From an uncultured Gemmatimonadales bacterium (lineage in GTDB: Bacteria; Gemmatimonadota; Gemmatimonadetes; Longimicrobiales; Longimicrobiaceae): a stretch of 64,000 nt of DNA. The position numbers were made by a program, and so were the translations under genes. The stretch lies in assembly GCA_963716255.1 (NCBI GenBank), contig OY970303.1:6912001-6976000 (forward strand), read 5' to 3'. Below the pieces are notes generated by a model. It ran no database searches. It was not told the origin of the DNA and worked only from the letters and a program-made list of their open reading frames with translations. Below are positions 27,817 through 37,075 of this stretch, piece by piece. Numbering within the stretch: the stretch's first letter is position 1; each line of letters opens with the position of its first letter.

Positions 27817-29739
27817 TCACCCCTCCAGCCGCCACGGCGGCGCGGGGGCCCAGCAGGCGTCCTCCACCCGCTCCAGCAGCCCCTCCACCCGGGGGTCCGC
27901 GGGGAGCTCCGCCAGGTCTTCGCGCACCGCGGCCGCCGGGACCCCCGCCGCCGCGAGGCGTGCCTCCCACTCCGCTGCGGGGCGGGCGCGCAGCCGCTCC
28001 GCCACCGCCGCGGCGTCCGCGCCGGCGTCCAGGCCGCACGCCTCCGCCAGGCGGGCGCGGGCCGCCTCGTCCTCCGCCTCCACCGCCAGCCACCCCGCCG
28101 CCGTCCGCACCGGCCGGTCCAGCGGCCCCCACACCGGCCTCCCCAGGCGCCTCCCCCTCTCTCCCCCGAAGGCCATGGGCCGCAGCACGTGCCGCTGGAG
28201 CGCCATGGCGCCGGCCAGGAGCGAGGTGTCCACCCTGCAGCCCGCCCCGGACCGCTCCCGCTGGAAGAGCCCGGCGAGGATCCCCTCGCAGGCGAGCAGC
28301 CCCCCGGTGGCGTCCAGGAGCGTGAGCCGCGAGGGAAAGGGCGGCTCGTCCGTCGGGTTCAGGCCGTCCCCGCACGCCCCGTGCGCCTGCACCAGGAAGT
28401 CCCCCGCGATCGGGGAGGGCTCCTCGGCGATTCTCCCCCAGCCGGAGGCGTGCGCCCACACGAGCCGCGGGTTGCGCGGCGCCAGGTCGTCCCAGTCCAG
28501 CCCCAGCTCCTCCGCCCGCCCCGACCGCCAGTTGTGCAGGAACACGTCCGCGCCCGCCGCCAGCTCCGCGAGCCGCGCGCGGCCCGCCGGGTCCTTGTAG
28601 TCGATCTCCACCACCCGCTTCGCGCGGTTGTAGGCCAGGTAGGCCGCCCCCAGCCGGCCCGCCAGGGGAGGGGAGTGCCTCCCGAAGTCGCCCCCCGGCG
28701 GCTCCACCTTCACCACCTCGGCCCCCAGCATCCCCAGGAGGAGCCCCGCCAGCGGCCCCTGCAGCCGTGACGTGACCTCCACCACCCGCATCCCGCCCAG
28801 CGGGCCGGCTCCCGCCGCCGGGACGCGCGCGGAGCCGGGCCGCGCCGCCCCCGGACGGATCGTCCAAGGCGCGCACACCTCCGGCCCGGCCGCCGCGTCG
28901 CCCAGCTCGGCCACCAGCTCCGGGTAGGTGCGCACCCGGCAGACGGCCACCCCGCACGCCCCGGCGGCGCTGCGGATCTCCGCCAGCGAGTGGCGGCCGG
29001 CGGCGCGGTGCAGGGAAGGGGGGAGCGTGCAGGCCGCGGTGAGGTAGCGCTGCACGAAGGCGGACCAGGACTCGTCCAGCCCCTCCCGCTCCACGCCCAG
29101 CCGCCTCCAGAACCCCAACCACGCCCCGAAGCCGAGCGCTTCGATCTCCACCACGTGCCCGTCGGCCGTGCGGAAGGGAGGGCCGGCGCCGGCCGCGGGG
29201 GGCGCCGGCGGCGGCCCGTCCGGCGTGGTCGCGATGGCGAGGTGGTGGGAAAGCAGGAAGAGGGCGGCGTGCAGGACGGACGTTTCCACGCGCCGGACGG
29301 GGCGGCCGCGGCTTGCGGCGACGAGGGCGGCGAGGATCCCCTGCGTGGCGACGATCCCCGCGGCCACCGACGCCGCCTCCAGGCCCAGGCGACGCGGGAA
29401 TCCCGCCTCCCGGCCGTGGACCGCCATCAGCCCGGAGATCGCCTGGATCCCCACCTCGCCCGCCGGCAGGCCGGGCGCGCCGCTTCCCGGCCACCAGCGG
29501 ATGGCGCACTCGACCTCCCCCGCGCCGGGCGGGAAGGCGGCCGCGCGCTCCCCGGGAGCGACCGTCAGCCCGCCGTCCGCCGCCGGGCCGGGCCGGTCTC
29601 CCGCGCCGCCGCGATCATCCGGGAGCCAGCGGGCGCCCAGCACCGCCAGGTGCTCCGCGCAGGTCCGGGCCGGGAGCCCGGGATCCCCGCGGGTGCTCAC
29701 CTGGAAGCCGGCCAGGAGCGGGGGGACGCCGTCGGCCAT
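27817..29739 (-). CDS. Two-domain class III CoA-transferase (CaiB/BaiF)-like protein, PdtI/QbsK/PtmU4-type
   Basis: Degenerate first domain (QAISGLMAVHG, PPFRTADG); second domain PLGGMRVVE..LQGP..LGAEVVKVEPPGGD..YNRAKR..ADVFLHNW. Confidence 0.8.
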   Translation of the reverse strand: MADGVPPLLAGFQVSTRGDPGLPARTCAEHLAVLGARWLPDDRGGAGDRPGPAADGGLTVAPGERAAAFPPGAGEVECAIRWWPGSGAPGLPAGEVGIQAISGLMAVHGREAGFPRRLGLEAASVAAGIVATQGILAALVAASRGRPVRRVETSVLHAALFLLSHHLAIATTPDGPPPAPPAAGAGPPFRTADGHVVEIEALGFGAWLGFWRRLGVEREGLDESWSAFVQRYLTAACTLPPSLHRAAGRHSLAEIRSAAGACGVAVCRVRTYPELVAELGDAAAGPEVCAPWTIRPGAARPGSARVPAAGAGPLGGMRVVEVTSRLQGPLAGLLLGMLGAEVVKVEPPGGDFGRHSPPLAGRLGAAYLAYNRAKRVVEIDYKDPAGRARLAELAAGADVFLHNWRSGRAEELGLDWDDLAPRNPRLVWAHASGWGRIAEEPSPIAGDFLVQAHGACGDGLNPTDEPPFPSRLTLLDATGGLLACEGILAGLFQRERSGAGCRVDTSLLAGAMALQRHVLRPMAFGGERGRRLGRPVWGPLDRPVRTAAGWLAVEAEDEAARARLAEACGLDAGADAAAVAERLRARPAAEWEARLAAAGVPAAAVREDLAELPADPRVEGLLERVEDACWAPAPPWRLEG

Positions 29740-29748
29740 GGCGGGGGC

Positions 29749-31299
29749 TCACCGGGCGGCGAGCCGCCGGCGCGGCGCGTCGGCCGCCGCAGCGCGGAGC
29801 GCGGGGAGGTCCACCTTGCCCAGGCGCGTGCGGGGGATCCGCTCCAGCACGCACAGCGCCTCCGGGAGCTTGTACGGCGCGAGCTCGCCGCCCAGCGCCA
29901 GGCGGAGCGATGCCAGCTCCGGGGACTCGCCGGGCGCGGGCACCACGCAGGCGCACACCGTCTCCCCCATGACCGGGTCGGCGAGCCCGATCACCGCCGC
30001 GTCGGCCACGGCGGGGAGGCGCAGGAGCGCGCACTCCACCTCCACCGGGTCCACCTTCAGCCCGCCCCGGTCGATCCGGTGCTTCAGCCGCCCGAACACG
30101 TAGAGCCGCCCCTCCCCGTCCATCCGCCCCAGGTCGCCGGAGTAGTACCACCCCCCGTCCGCCGCCCCCGCCTCGTCCCAGTAGCGCACCGGGAACACGC
30201 CGCGCGAGAACGCGACCTCCCCCACCACCCCCGCGGGGACCGGGCGGCGCTCCTCGTCCACCACCACCACCGAGCCGGGCGCCGGCCGGCCCACCGAGCC
30301 GCGCAGGATGTCCTCCCGGTCGGTGGTCGCCACCCCCACGCCCTCGCTCGACCCGTACATGTACATGAACTCCACCCCCAGGCGGTCCCAGATGTCGCGG
30401 ACCAGCTCCGGCGGGAAGGTCGCCGCCGTCCCCACGCTGAGGCGCAGCGCCCCCACGTCGCCGCCGTCCCGCGCCAGGCGGTCCAGGACCAGCCTGAAGT
30501 GGGCGGGGGCGCCGTTCAGCACGGTCACCCCCTCGGCCGCGACGCGGCGGAGCGCCTCCTCCGGCGTGAACCGGTCCAGGAGGACCAGGCGTCCCCCCGC
30601 GAACAGCGCCCCCATCGCCATCATCATCCCGAAGCCGTGCGACAGCGGGAGGTGGGCGAGGTGCACGTCCTCCGGCCCGAAGCGGAGCCATCCCCCCAGC
30701 CGCCGCCAGCGCTCCGCCAGGTTCCCGTGGTAGCCCAGGGTGGCCTTCGGCGTGCCGGTGGTCCCCGAGCTGATGAAGATCAGCGCCGGGTCCCCGGGCG
30801 AGGGCTCCCGCGGCGCGGGGCCGGCCTCCGTTTCCGCACCGGCGGCGGCCAGCTCCGCCAGCGCCTGGCAGCCGGCGGGCGCGGGCCCGTCGCCCGCCAC
30901 CAGGACGACCAGGCCGGGGTGCGCCTCGCGCACGGCCCGCAGCGCCGCGAAGGGGTCCGCGCCGCCGCCGGGGGGCTCGTACACCAGCGCCGCGGCCCGC
31001 GTCGTTTCCACGACCCGGGCGAGCTCGGGCCCGGTGAGCTGGAAGTCCGCTCCCACGTGCACCGCGCCCGCGCTCCACGCCGCGCCGATGGCCACCACGT
31101 GCTCCGGGCGGTTGGCCGCCGAGCACACCACCCGGTCGCCCGGGCCGATCCCCAGCCGCCGGTACGCCCCCGCCAGGCGAAGGACCGCCGCGCCGAGCTG
31201 CGCGTACGAGGTGATGCGGCCGCCGGAGCTGAGCGCCGGCCGGTCCGGCCAGCGCTCCCACGAGCTTTCGAGCGCGCCGACGAGGGTTCCGGGGCTCAT
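29749..31299 (-). CDS. Acyl-CoA synthetase / AMP-dependent ligase
   Basis: FISSGTTGTPK, YGSSEG, YYSGDLG, GRLKH..RGGLKV, LGKVD. Confidence 0.9.
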   Translation of the reverse strand: MSPGTLVGALESSWERWPDRPALSSGGRITSYAQLGAAVLRLAGAYRRLGIGPGDRVVCSAANRPEHVVAIGAAWSAGAVHVGADFQLTGPELARVVETTRAAALVYEPPGGGADPFAALRAVREAHPGLVVLVAGDGPAPAGCQALAELAAAGAETEAGPAPREPSPGDPALIFISSGTTGTPKATLGYHGNLAERWRRLGGWLRFGPEDVHLAHLPLSHGFGMMMAMGALFAGGRLVLLDRFTPEEALRRVAAEGVTVLNGAPAHFRLVLDRLARDGGDVGALRLSVGTAATFPPELVRDIWDRLGVEFMYMYGSSEGVGVATTDREDILRGSVGRPAPGSVVVVDEERRPVPAGVVGEVAFSRGVFPVRYWDEAGAADGGWYYSGDLGRMDGEGRLYVFGRLKHRIDRGGLKVDPVEVECALLRLPAVADAAVIGLADPVMGETVCACVVPAPGESPELASLRLALGGELAPYKLPEALCVLERIPRTRLGKVDLPALRAAAADAPRRRLAAR

Positions 31300-31407
31300 G
31301 GACCGGGCGTGCGGGGGATGCTGCGGGGGCCGGACGGCCCCGGCGGAGTCGAGGGGAAATGTGGAGCGGTGACCACCAGGGCGCTTCTCGTGGATTGCTC
31401 GGCGCGC

Positions 31408-34400
31408 CTAGCCGGGGTCCTCCAGGGGCAGCACGTTGTCTCCCGGGTTCCGGTCCACGTAGTAGTTGTAGGGGTCCACGCCGGCGTGCGTCGGCCTGCG
31501 GTCCGTCACGAACCTGACCACCTGCGCCCCCGAGCGGATGGGCCGGCGCTCCAGGACGACCACGTCCCTCGCGTCGAAGGCGTCGCGGCCCGGCTCCGCG
31601 GTGAAGAGGCCCACCTCGATGCGCTCGGCGAGCGGCGCTTCCGTCTCCGCGCCGTGTGCGTCCACGTACATCTTCTTCGCCTCCACCGTCACGCTCACGT
31701 CCCACCGGCCGTCGGCGCGGCGCACGGCCGTGGGCCGGGCGGCCTTCAGGTGGTACAGGGTGACGCGCTCGAACAGGTCGGTGACCAGCGCCTGGTCCTC
31801 CGCGGTCCTGGCCTCGGCGCGCAGCGCGGCCACCAGGTCGAGCGAGCGGGGATACGGCGCGTCCCTGAACCGGTAGCGGTCCACCAGCCCCCGCAGCGCC
31901 CGGTTGACCGCCGCCTCGCCCAGCCGCTCCTGAAGCAGGTACATGGCCAGCGCTCCCTTGCGGTAGGTGACGTGGTCCTGCCCGTCCACCCGGGTGAGCG
32001 GCGGCTCCTCCCCCCCGGAATACTCCCGCCCCTCCAGGTAGCGGTCCAGCTCGTACTGCAGGTAGCGGCGGATGTGGTCCTCGCCGCGGAGCTTCCTCAG
32101 CACCATCTGCGCGGAGTACTGCGCCAGCGTCTCCGACAGCAGCTCCCGTCCCTCCATGTCCGCGCCGACCACCTGGTGCGACCAGTACTGGTGCGCGAGC
32201 TCGTGCGCGGTGAGGTAGGTGACGTAGTCCATCGCCTCCGGCTCGCCGTAGTCGGAGATGAACCCCACCGTCTCCGAGTACGGGATGGTGCCGGCGAACG
32301 CCTGCGCGAAGCCGTGGTAGCCCGGGAACTCCACGATCCGCGCGTGGTCGAACGGATAGGGGCCGAAGGCCGCCTGGTAGTAGTCGAGCGACGCCGCCAG
32401 CGCGTCCAGCATGCGGTCCACGTTCCACGCGTGCGCGGGGTGATGGTACACGGCCAGGTCGACGCCGGCGTGCCGGCGGTGCTTTTCCGCGTAGCGGGCC
32501 GACTGGATCGAGAAGCGCGGGTGGATGGGCACGCCGGACACGAAGCGGGCGACGCGCCTGCCCCCGCGCACCTCGTCCGAGACCCGGTTGCCGGGCGCGA
32601 TCGGCACCTGGTCCGGCGACGTCGACACGGTGATGTCCGCCGTCGCCCATCCGCGCCCGTACGTGGAGCTCGCGGTGGCGGCGAGGTCTTCCAGCTTCGC
32701 CGTCCCCGGCGCCTCCGGCAGCCCGTGCCTGCGCCGCGCCGCGGGGTCCTGCAGCGTGCCGGCGCGGACCAGCCCCACGACGGGGAGCAGGTGGCTCTCG
32801 CCCAGAAAGGTGCCGTTCTCCACGATCCGGGTGTTCGTGGGCTGGTTGCGGAAGCCGCGCAGCCGCAGCCGCGTCTCGAAGGCCAGGACGCGCTCCTCGC
32901 CCGGCCGCATCGGCCGGTCCAGGCGGAAGACGCGGTAGCCGAACCCGGGGTCGTCGGAGACCAGCCTGGCGCCCGCGATGGAGGCGCGGGCGAGCTCCAG
33001 CTCCCCGCCCAGCACGCGGACGTGGATGTCCGGGATGGAGTGCGCCGTGAAGTTGCGGAGGCGCAGGCTGCCCCGGGTCACCGCCCGCCGCTCCTCCGGG
33101 TGGAGCGCGACGTCGAGCGTGAGCGCCGCGACCCTCGGCTGCGGCAGGTCCGCGTACCTCCCGTACTTCTTCTCGTACGCGGCCGCGTGCGCCTCGCCCG
33201 CGCCCTGCGTCCGGTACCCGTTCAGCACGTTGGTGTTGTAGTACGCGAACGCGCCCGCCGCCGCGAACACGAGCAGCGCCGCGCAGGCCACCCGTCCGGG
33301 CGCCCCCGCCAGGCGCCGCCGCGCGTGCGCGAGCCTGGGCTTCAGCCGGACCTCGGTCCCTCGCCTCCACAGCAGGTGCGCGGCCGTCAGCAGCAGCGCG
33401 GCGAACGCCCCCCAGTACACGCGCAGCGTCCACGCGCCCCTCCAGAACGACCCGGCGCCGTTCATGTCGCTCAGCGGCACGCCCGGCGTCCCGCCGTACA
33501 GGAGGAGGTTGTGGTCCACGGCCGTGTTCATCTGCCGTCCCGCCAGGAAAAGCACCATCACGCCCCAGCCCACCGCCTTGTGGGGGCTGAGCGCCTGGAC
33601 GAAGACGGCCAGCGCCGCCAGGAGCAGCACGTCCCACGTCCCCGGCAGCACGTACCAGAGCAGGTACTTGCCGATCTCCAGTTCGGTGAAGCCCAGGGAG
33701 AGCTGGACGAGGACGGACGCGACGACGGCGGTCAGCAGCATGGCCACGAGCACCAGCGCCATCGCCGCCGTCTTGGACACCACGTACGCCCAGCTCGGCA
33801 TGGGCGCCGCGTCCACCAGCTCGTGCACTCTCCGGTCGCGCTCGCGCCACACCAGCTCGCCCGCGTAGTAGATGGCGACGAGGAGGGGGATCACGAACAT
33901 GCCGTTCTCGATCTCCGGGATCATGGACAGCGTCGTCGGGTAGGTCGGCTGTCCGTCCGGGTCGCGCTGGGTGGTCAGCGAGACGAGGGTCGTGAACAGC
34001 CCCCACGCCATCAGCACGGGAAAGGCGGGGCTGAGGACGACCTGCCGGGTCTCGAACCGCGTGCGCATCCACAGCAGCGCGCGCGTGGCCGCGCGGCCGT
34101 GCCGCGGCGCGGGGAGGGGCGCCGCCGCTCCCGCCCGCGGCGCGTCGTCCGCCGCCGCCGCAACTCCCTCGGCCAGCTTCCGCCGCTTCCGCTCGCGGTC
34201 CGGCATCCCCCGGTCCGCGAAGCGGAAGGCGGCGTGCGCGAGCGCCAGGCACAGGAGCGCGACGCCCACCCAGAGCAGGCGGTTGAGGAGCAGCGTGCCC
34301 GCGAAGTCGGGCAGCGCCACGTTCCGCTCGGCCACCGTCCAGTAGCGCGTCGCGTCCGTGAGGGCGCGCGAGCCGAACGGATCGGCGACGGCGACCGCAG

Positions 34401-35004
34401 TCTGCAGCTGCGGCCGGTCGGCGAAGGCGCCCTCCAGCACGAACAGGCCCGAGACGAAGCCGATGACGCCCAGGTAGGTCGCCATCATCGAGCGCGTGAC
34501 CGTCGCCAGCGCGAAGAAGACCGCCGAGTGGACGAGGACGTTGGGCAGCGCGACCAGGAAGTAGCCGTACAGGTGGTCGGCGAGCCGGTTCGGCCCCAGC
34601 GTCGCGGGATCGGCCCACGGCATCCGCGATCCCAGCCAGAGGGCGAGCGGCACGAGCAGCAGGCAGAGCGCCGCGACCGCGAAAGCGCCCAGGAAGCGGC
34701 CGGCCAGGTACTCGAACCCGCCGATCCTCGTCGAGCGCACGATCGGGCCGAAGCCGGTCTCGTCGTCGCGGAGGACGGCGCCCGCGACGAACGACGTCGT
34801 CACGAACATGAAGAAGATCGAGACCAGCAGGTAGTTCCGCAGCGTGGCGTAGGCCGCGTTCTCCAGGAGGCCGCCTTCGGAGCCGAACTGGAGCCCGGCG
34901 CTGATCGAGACGAAGTTGAACGCAAAGGTCGCCACGGCCGTCGCCCACAGGAGCGGGTTCCGGAGCAGGTAGCGGAATTCGAAGCGGGCGATGTGGAGGA
35001 GCAT
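31408..35004 (-). CDS. ABC-2-type permease repeats fused to M1-family zinc aminopeptidase domain
   Basis: Multiple TM segments followed by AHELAHQYW...LSETLAQYS and YRKG. Confidence 0.9.
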   Translation of the reverse strand: MLLHIARFEFRYLLRNPLLWATAVATFAFNFVSISAGLQFGSEGGLLENAAYATLRNYLLVSIFFMFVTTSFVAGAVLRDDETGFGPIVRSTRIGGFEYLAGRFLGAFAVAALCLLLVPLALWLGSRMPWADPATLGPNRLADHLYGYFLVALPNVLVHSAVFFALATVTRSMMATYLGVIGFVSGLFVLEGAFADRPQLQTAVAVADPFGSRALTDATRYWTVAERNVALPDFAGTLLLNRLLWVGVALLCLALAHAAFRFADRGMPDRERKRRKLAEGVAAAADDAPRAGAAAPLPAPRHGRAATRALLWMRTRFETRQVVLSPAFPVLMAWGLFTTLVSLTTQRDPDGQPTYPTTLSMIPEIENGMFVIPLLVAIYYAGELVWRERDRRVHELVDAAPMPSWAYVVSKTAAMALVLVAMLLTAVVASVLVQLSLGFTELEIGKYLLWYVLPGTWDVLLLAALAVFVQALSPHKAVGWGVMVLFLAGRQMNTAVDHNLLLYGGTPGVPLSDMNGAGSFWRGAWTLRVYWGAFAALLLTAAHLLWRRGTEVRLKPRLAHARRRLAGAPGRVACAALLVFAAAGAFAYYNTNVLNGYRTQGAGEAHAAAYEKKYGRYADLPQPRVAALTLDVALHPEERRAVTRGSLRLRNFTAHSIPDIHVRVLGGELELARASIAGARLVSDDPGFGYRVFRLDRPMRPGEERVLAFETRLRLRGFRNQPTNTRIVENGTFLGESHLLPVVGLVRAGTLQDPAARRRHGLPEAPGTAKLEDLAATASSTYGRGWATADITVSTSPDQVPIAPGNRVSDEVRGGRRVARFVSGVPIHPRFSIQSARYAEKHRRHAGVDLAVYHHPAHAWNVDRMLDALAASLDYYQAAFGPYPFDHARIVEFPGYHGFAQAFAGTIPYSETVGFISDYGEPEAMDYVTYLTAHELAHQYWSHQVVGADMEGRELLSETLAQYSAQMVLRKLRGEDHIRRYLQYELDRYLEGREYSGGEEPPLTRVDGQDHVTYRKGALAMYLLQERLGEAAVNRALRGLVDRYRFRDAPYPRSLDLVAALRAEARTAEDQALVTDLFERVTLYHLKAARPTAVRRADGRWDVSVTVEAKKMYVDAHGAETEAPLAERIEVGLFTAEPGRDAFDARDVVVLERRPIRSGAQVVRFVTDRRPTHAGVDPYNYYVDRNPGDNVLPLEDPG

Positions 35005-35013
35005 GGTCCCGGC

Positions 35014-35892
35014 TCAGGCGGCGCGGCGCGACCGCGCCAGCGTGGAGAAGTAGACGTCCTGCAGGCCGGCGTCGACCGGGGCGAAGCCGTCGCCCGGGTC
35101 CCGTTCGGCGAGGACGTGGACGATGGTGCGTCCGGCGAAGAGGCGCGTGGACAGGACCTCGTACCGCTCGCGGTGGGCGGCCAGCTCGCCGCGGTCCACG
35201 ACCTTCATCCAGATCCGCCCGCGGGTCTCCCGGATCAGCTCCAGCGGCGCGCCCTCCAGCCGCACGCGTCCGTCCGCCAGCACGGCCATGCGGGGGCACA
35301 GGTCCGACACGTCCTCCACGATGTGCGTGGAAAGGATCACCACCACGCTTTCGCCGATCTCGGCGAGCAGGTTCAGGAAGCGGTTGCGCTCCTCCGGGTC
35401 CAGGCCGGCGGTGGGCTCGTCGACGATGATCAGCTCCGGGCCGCCGATCAGCGCCTGCGCGATCCCGAAGCGCTGCCGCATGCCGCCGGAAAAGCCGGAC
35501 AGCGACTTCCCGCGCACGCTCCACAGGTTGGTCTGGTGGAGCAGCGTTTCCACCGTCGTCCGGCGGTCGGCCGCGGACGCGACGCCCTTGAGCACGGCCA
35601 TGTGGTCGAGCATGTCGTACGCCGAGACGCGCGGGTACACGCCGAAGTCCTGGGGGAGGTAGCCCAGGGTGCGCCGCAGCTTTTCCGGCTCGGCGATCAC
35701 GTCGACGTCGCCGAATCGGATGGCGCCCTCCGTCGGCGTCTGCAGCGTCGCGATCGTCCGCATCAGCGTGGACTTGCCGGCGCCGTTGGGGCCCAGGAGG
35801 CCGTACATGCCGCGCGGGACCGACAGCGTGACGTGGTCCAGCGCGCGCGTCCCGTTGGCGTACACGTGGCTGACGTCGTGGAGGTTCAGCAT
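35014..35892 (-). CDS. ABC transporter ATP-binding protein
   Basis: GPNGAGKST, FSGGMRQR, IIVDEPTAGLDP, STH; start ATG 35892. Confidence 0.95.
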   Translation of the reverse strand: MLNLHDVSHVYANGTRALDHVTLSVPRGMYGLLGPNGAGKSTLMRTIATLQTPTEGAIRFGDVDVIAEPEKLRRTLGYLPQDFGVYPRVSAYDMLDHMAVLKGVASAADRRTTVETLLHQTNLWSVRGKSLSGFSGGMRQRFGIAQALIGGPELIIVDEPTAGLDPEERNRFLNLLAEIGESVVVILSTHIVEDVSDLCPRMAVLADGRVRLEGAPLELIRETRGRIWMKVVDRGELAAHRERYEVLSTRLFAGRTIVHVLAERDPGDGFAPVDAGLQDVYFSTLARSRRAA

Positions 35893-35979
35893 GGGGCTCG
35901 GGGAGGTGGGAGCGTGGGTGAAACCAGCGGTGACGCATCGAAGCTGCGGGGCCGCGCGGTGCCCCGATAGGCGTGTTTC

Positions 35980-36010
35980 GCCGGATGGCAGATCGGGGCC
36001 GGCGAACGGC
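35980..36010 (-). promoter_or_regulatory. Candidate LytTR-binding direct repeat upstream of the ABC operon
   Basis: On the minus strand, GCCGTTCGCC and GCCATCCGGC are spaced 21 bp apart; the first resembles the AlgR-type ACCGTTCGTC box. Confidence 0.3.
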
Positions 36011-36091
36011 GGCGCGAGCCGTGGCCGCGGCGGGGAGGGCCCCCTATCATCAACGGCGAGCCCCATCCTCACCCCGTCCCAGGATGCCCAC

Positions 36092-37075
36092 GTGGTCCCG
36101 TTTCCCCTGATCCTCCCGGCGCTCGTCCAGGCAGGCGCGCCGGTGTGGTCGCCCGACGAGGTTGTGGCCGCCGTGATCCGGCCCCTCGTCGGCGCCGCGG
36201 CCGCGCTCCTCCTCTTCCGCCTGGTCCGCCGGGTGCCGTGGCCGCGGCCGTTCCGCCTCCGCTTCCTCGCCGTTCACCTCGCCGCCGCGCCCGTGCTCGC
36301 AGGCGCCTGGGGCCTGGCCTCGACCGCGCTCGCCGCGCTGTTCGTGGGCGGGTCCTTCATCGGGCGGGAGGCTCGCCACTGGGACGAGATCCTGTTCATC
36401 GGGACGTTCTCCTACGCGCTCCTGGCGGGGATCTTCTACGCCGTGGAGTCGAGCGCCCGCGCCGCCCGCGCCGAGGCCGCGGCGGCGCGCACGCAGCTCG
36501 CGGCGCTGCGGGCGCAGGTCCACCCGCACTTCCTCTTCAACGCGCTGCACACCGTGGTGCAGCTCATCCCCATCGATCCGGCGCGCGCGGCCGAGGCGGC
36601 CGAGGGGGTCGCGGAGCTGCTGCGCGCCACCCTGGAAGAGCAGCGCGACGAGGTCGCGCTGGGCGACGAATGGCGCTTCGTCTCGCGCTACCTGGCGCTG
36701 GAGCGCATCCGCTTCGGCGACCGGCTCGTCGTGCGCGAAGACATCGCGGCGAGCCTGCTCGGGGAGCGCGTTCCCGCGTTCGCGCTGCAGACGCTGGTGG
36801 AGAACGCGGTGCAGCACGGCGCCGCGCCGCGCGTCGCCCCCACACAGGTCGTGGTGGCCGCCACGGGCAGCGCGTACGAGCTGACGCTGTCGGTGCGGAA
36901 CACCGGCGACGGTCCGCCGTCCGTCCCGTCCAGGAGCGCTGCGGGGACGGGGCTGGCGCGTCTCCGCGAGCGGCTGACGGTCCTCTACGGCGGCGCGGCG
37001 CGGCTGACGTGCGGCCCGGCCGGGGGCGGCGGCTACGAAGCGATCCTCGTGGTGCCGCGCGGGAGGGCATCGTGA
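36092..37075 (+). CDS. LytS/YehU-type sensor histidine kinase
   Basis: TM segments, LRAQVHPHFLFNALH, LQTLVENAVQHG, GTGL; start approximate. Confidence 0.9.
   Translation: MVPFPLILPALVQAGAPVWSPDEVVAAVIRPLVGAAAALLLFRLVRRVPWPRPFRLRFLAVHLAAAPVLAGAWGLASTALAALFVGGSFIGREARHWDEILFIGTFSYALLAGIFYAVESSARAARAEAAAARTQLAALRAQVHPHFLFNALHTVVQLIPIDPARAAEAAEGVAELLRATLEEQRDEVALGDEWRFVSRYLALERIRFGDRLVVREDIAASLLGERVPAFALQTLVENAVQHGAAPRVAPTQVVVAATGSAYELTLSVRNTGDGPPSVPSRSAAGTGLARLRERLTVLYGGAARLTCGPAGGGGYEAILVVPRGRAS

Noticed and set aside
28990..35970. 2326-aa plus-strand ORF (and the 2107-aa minus-strand ORF 29615..35938)
   Set aside because: Antisense or off-frame shadows of four genes with clear motifs; Arg/Gly/Pro-rich with no domains, as expected at this GC content.
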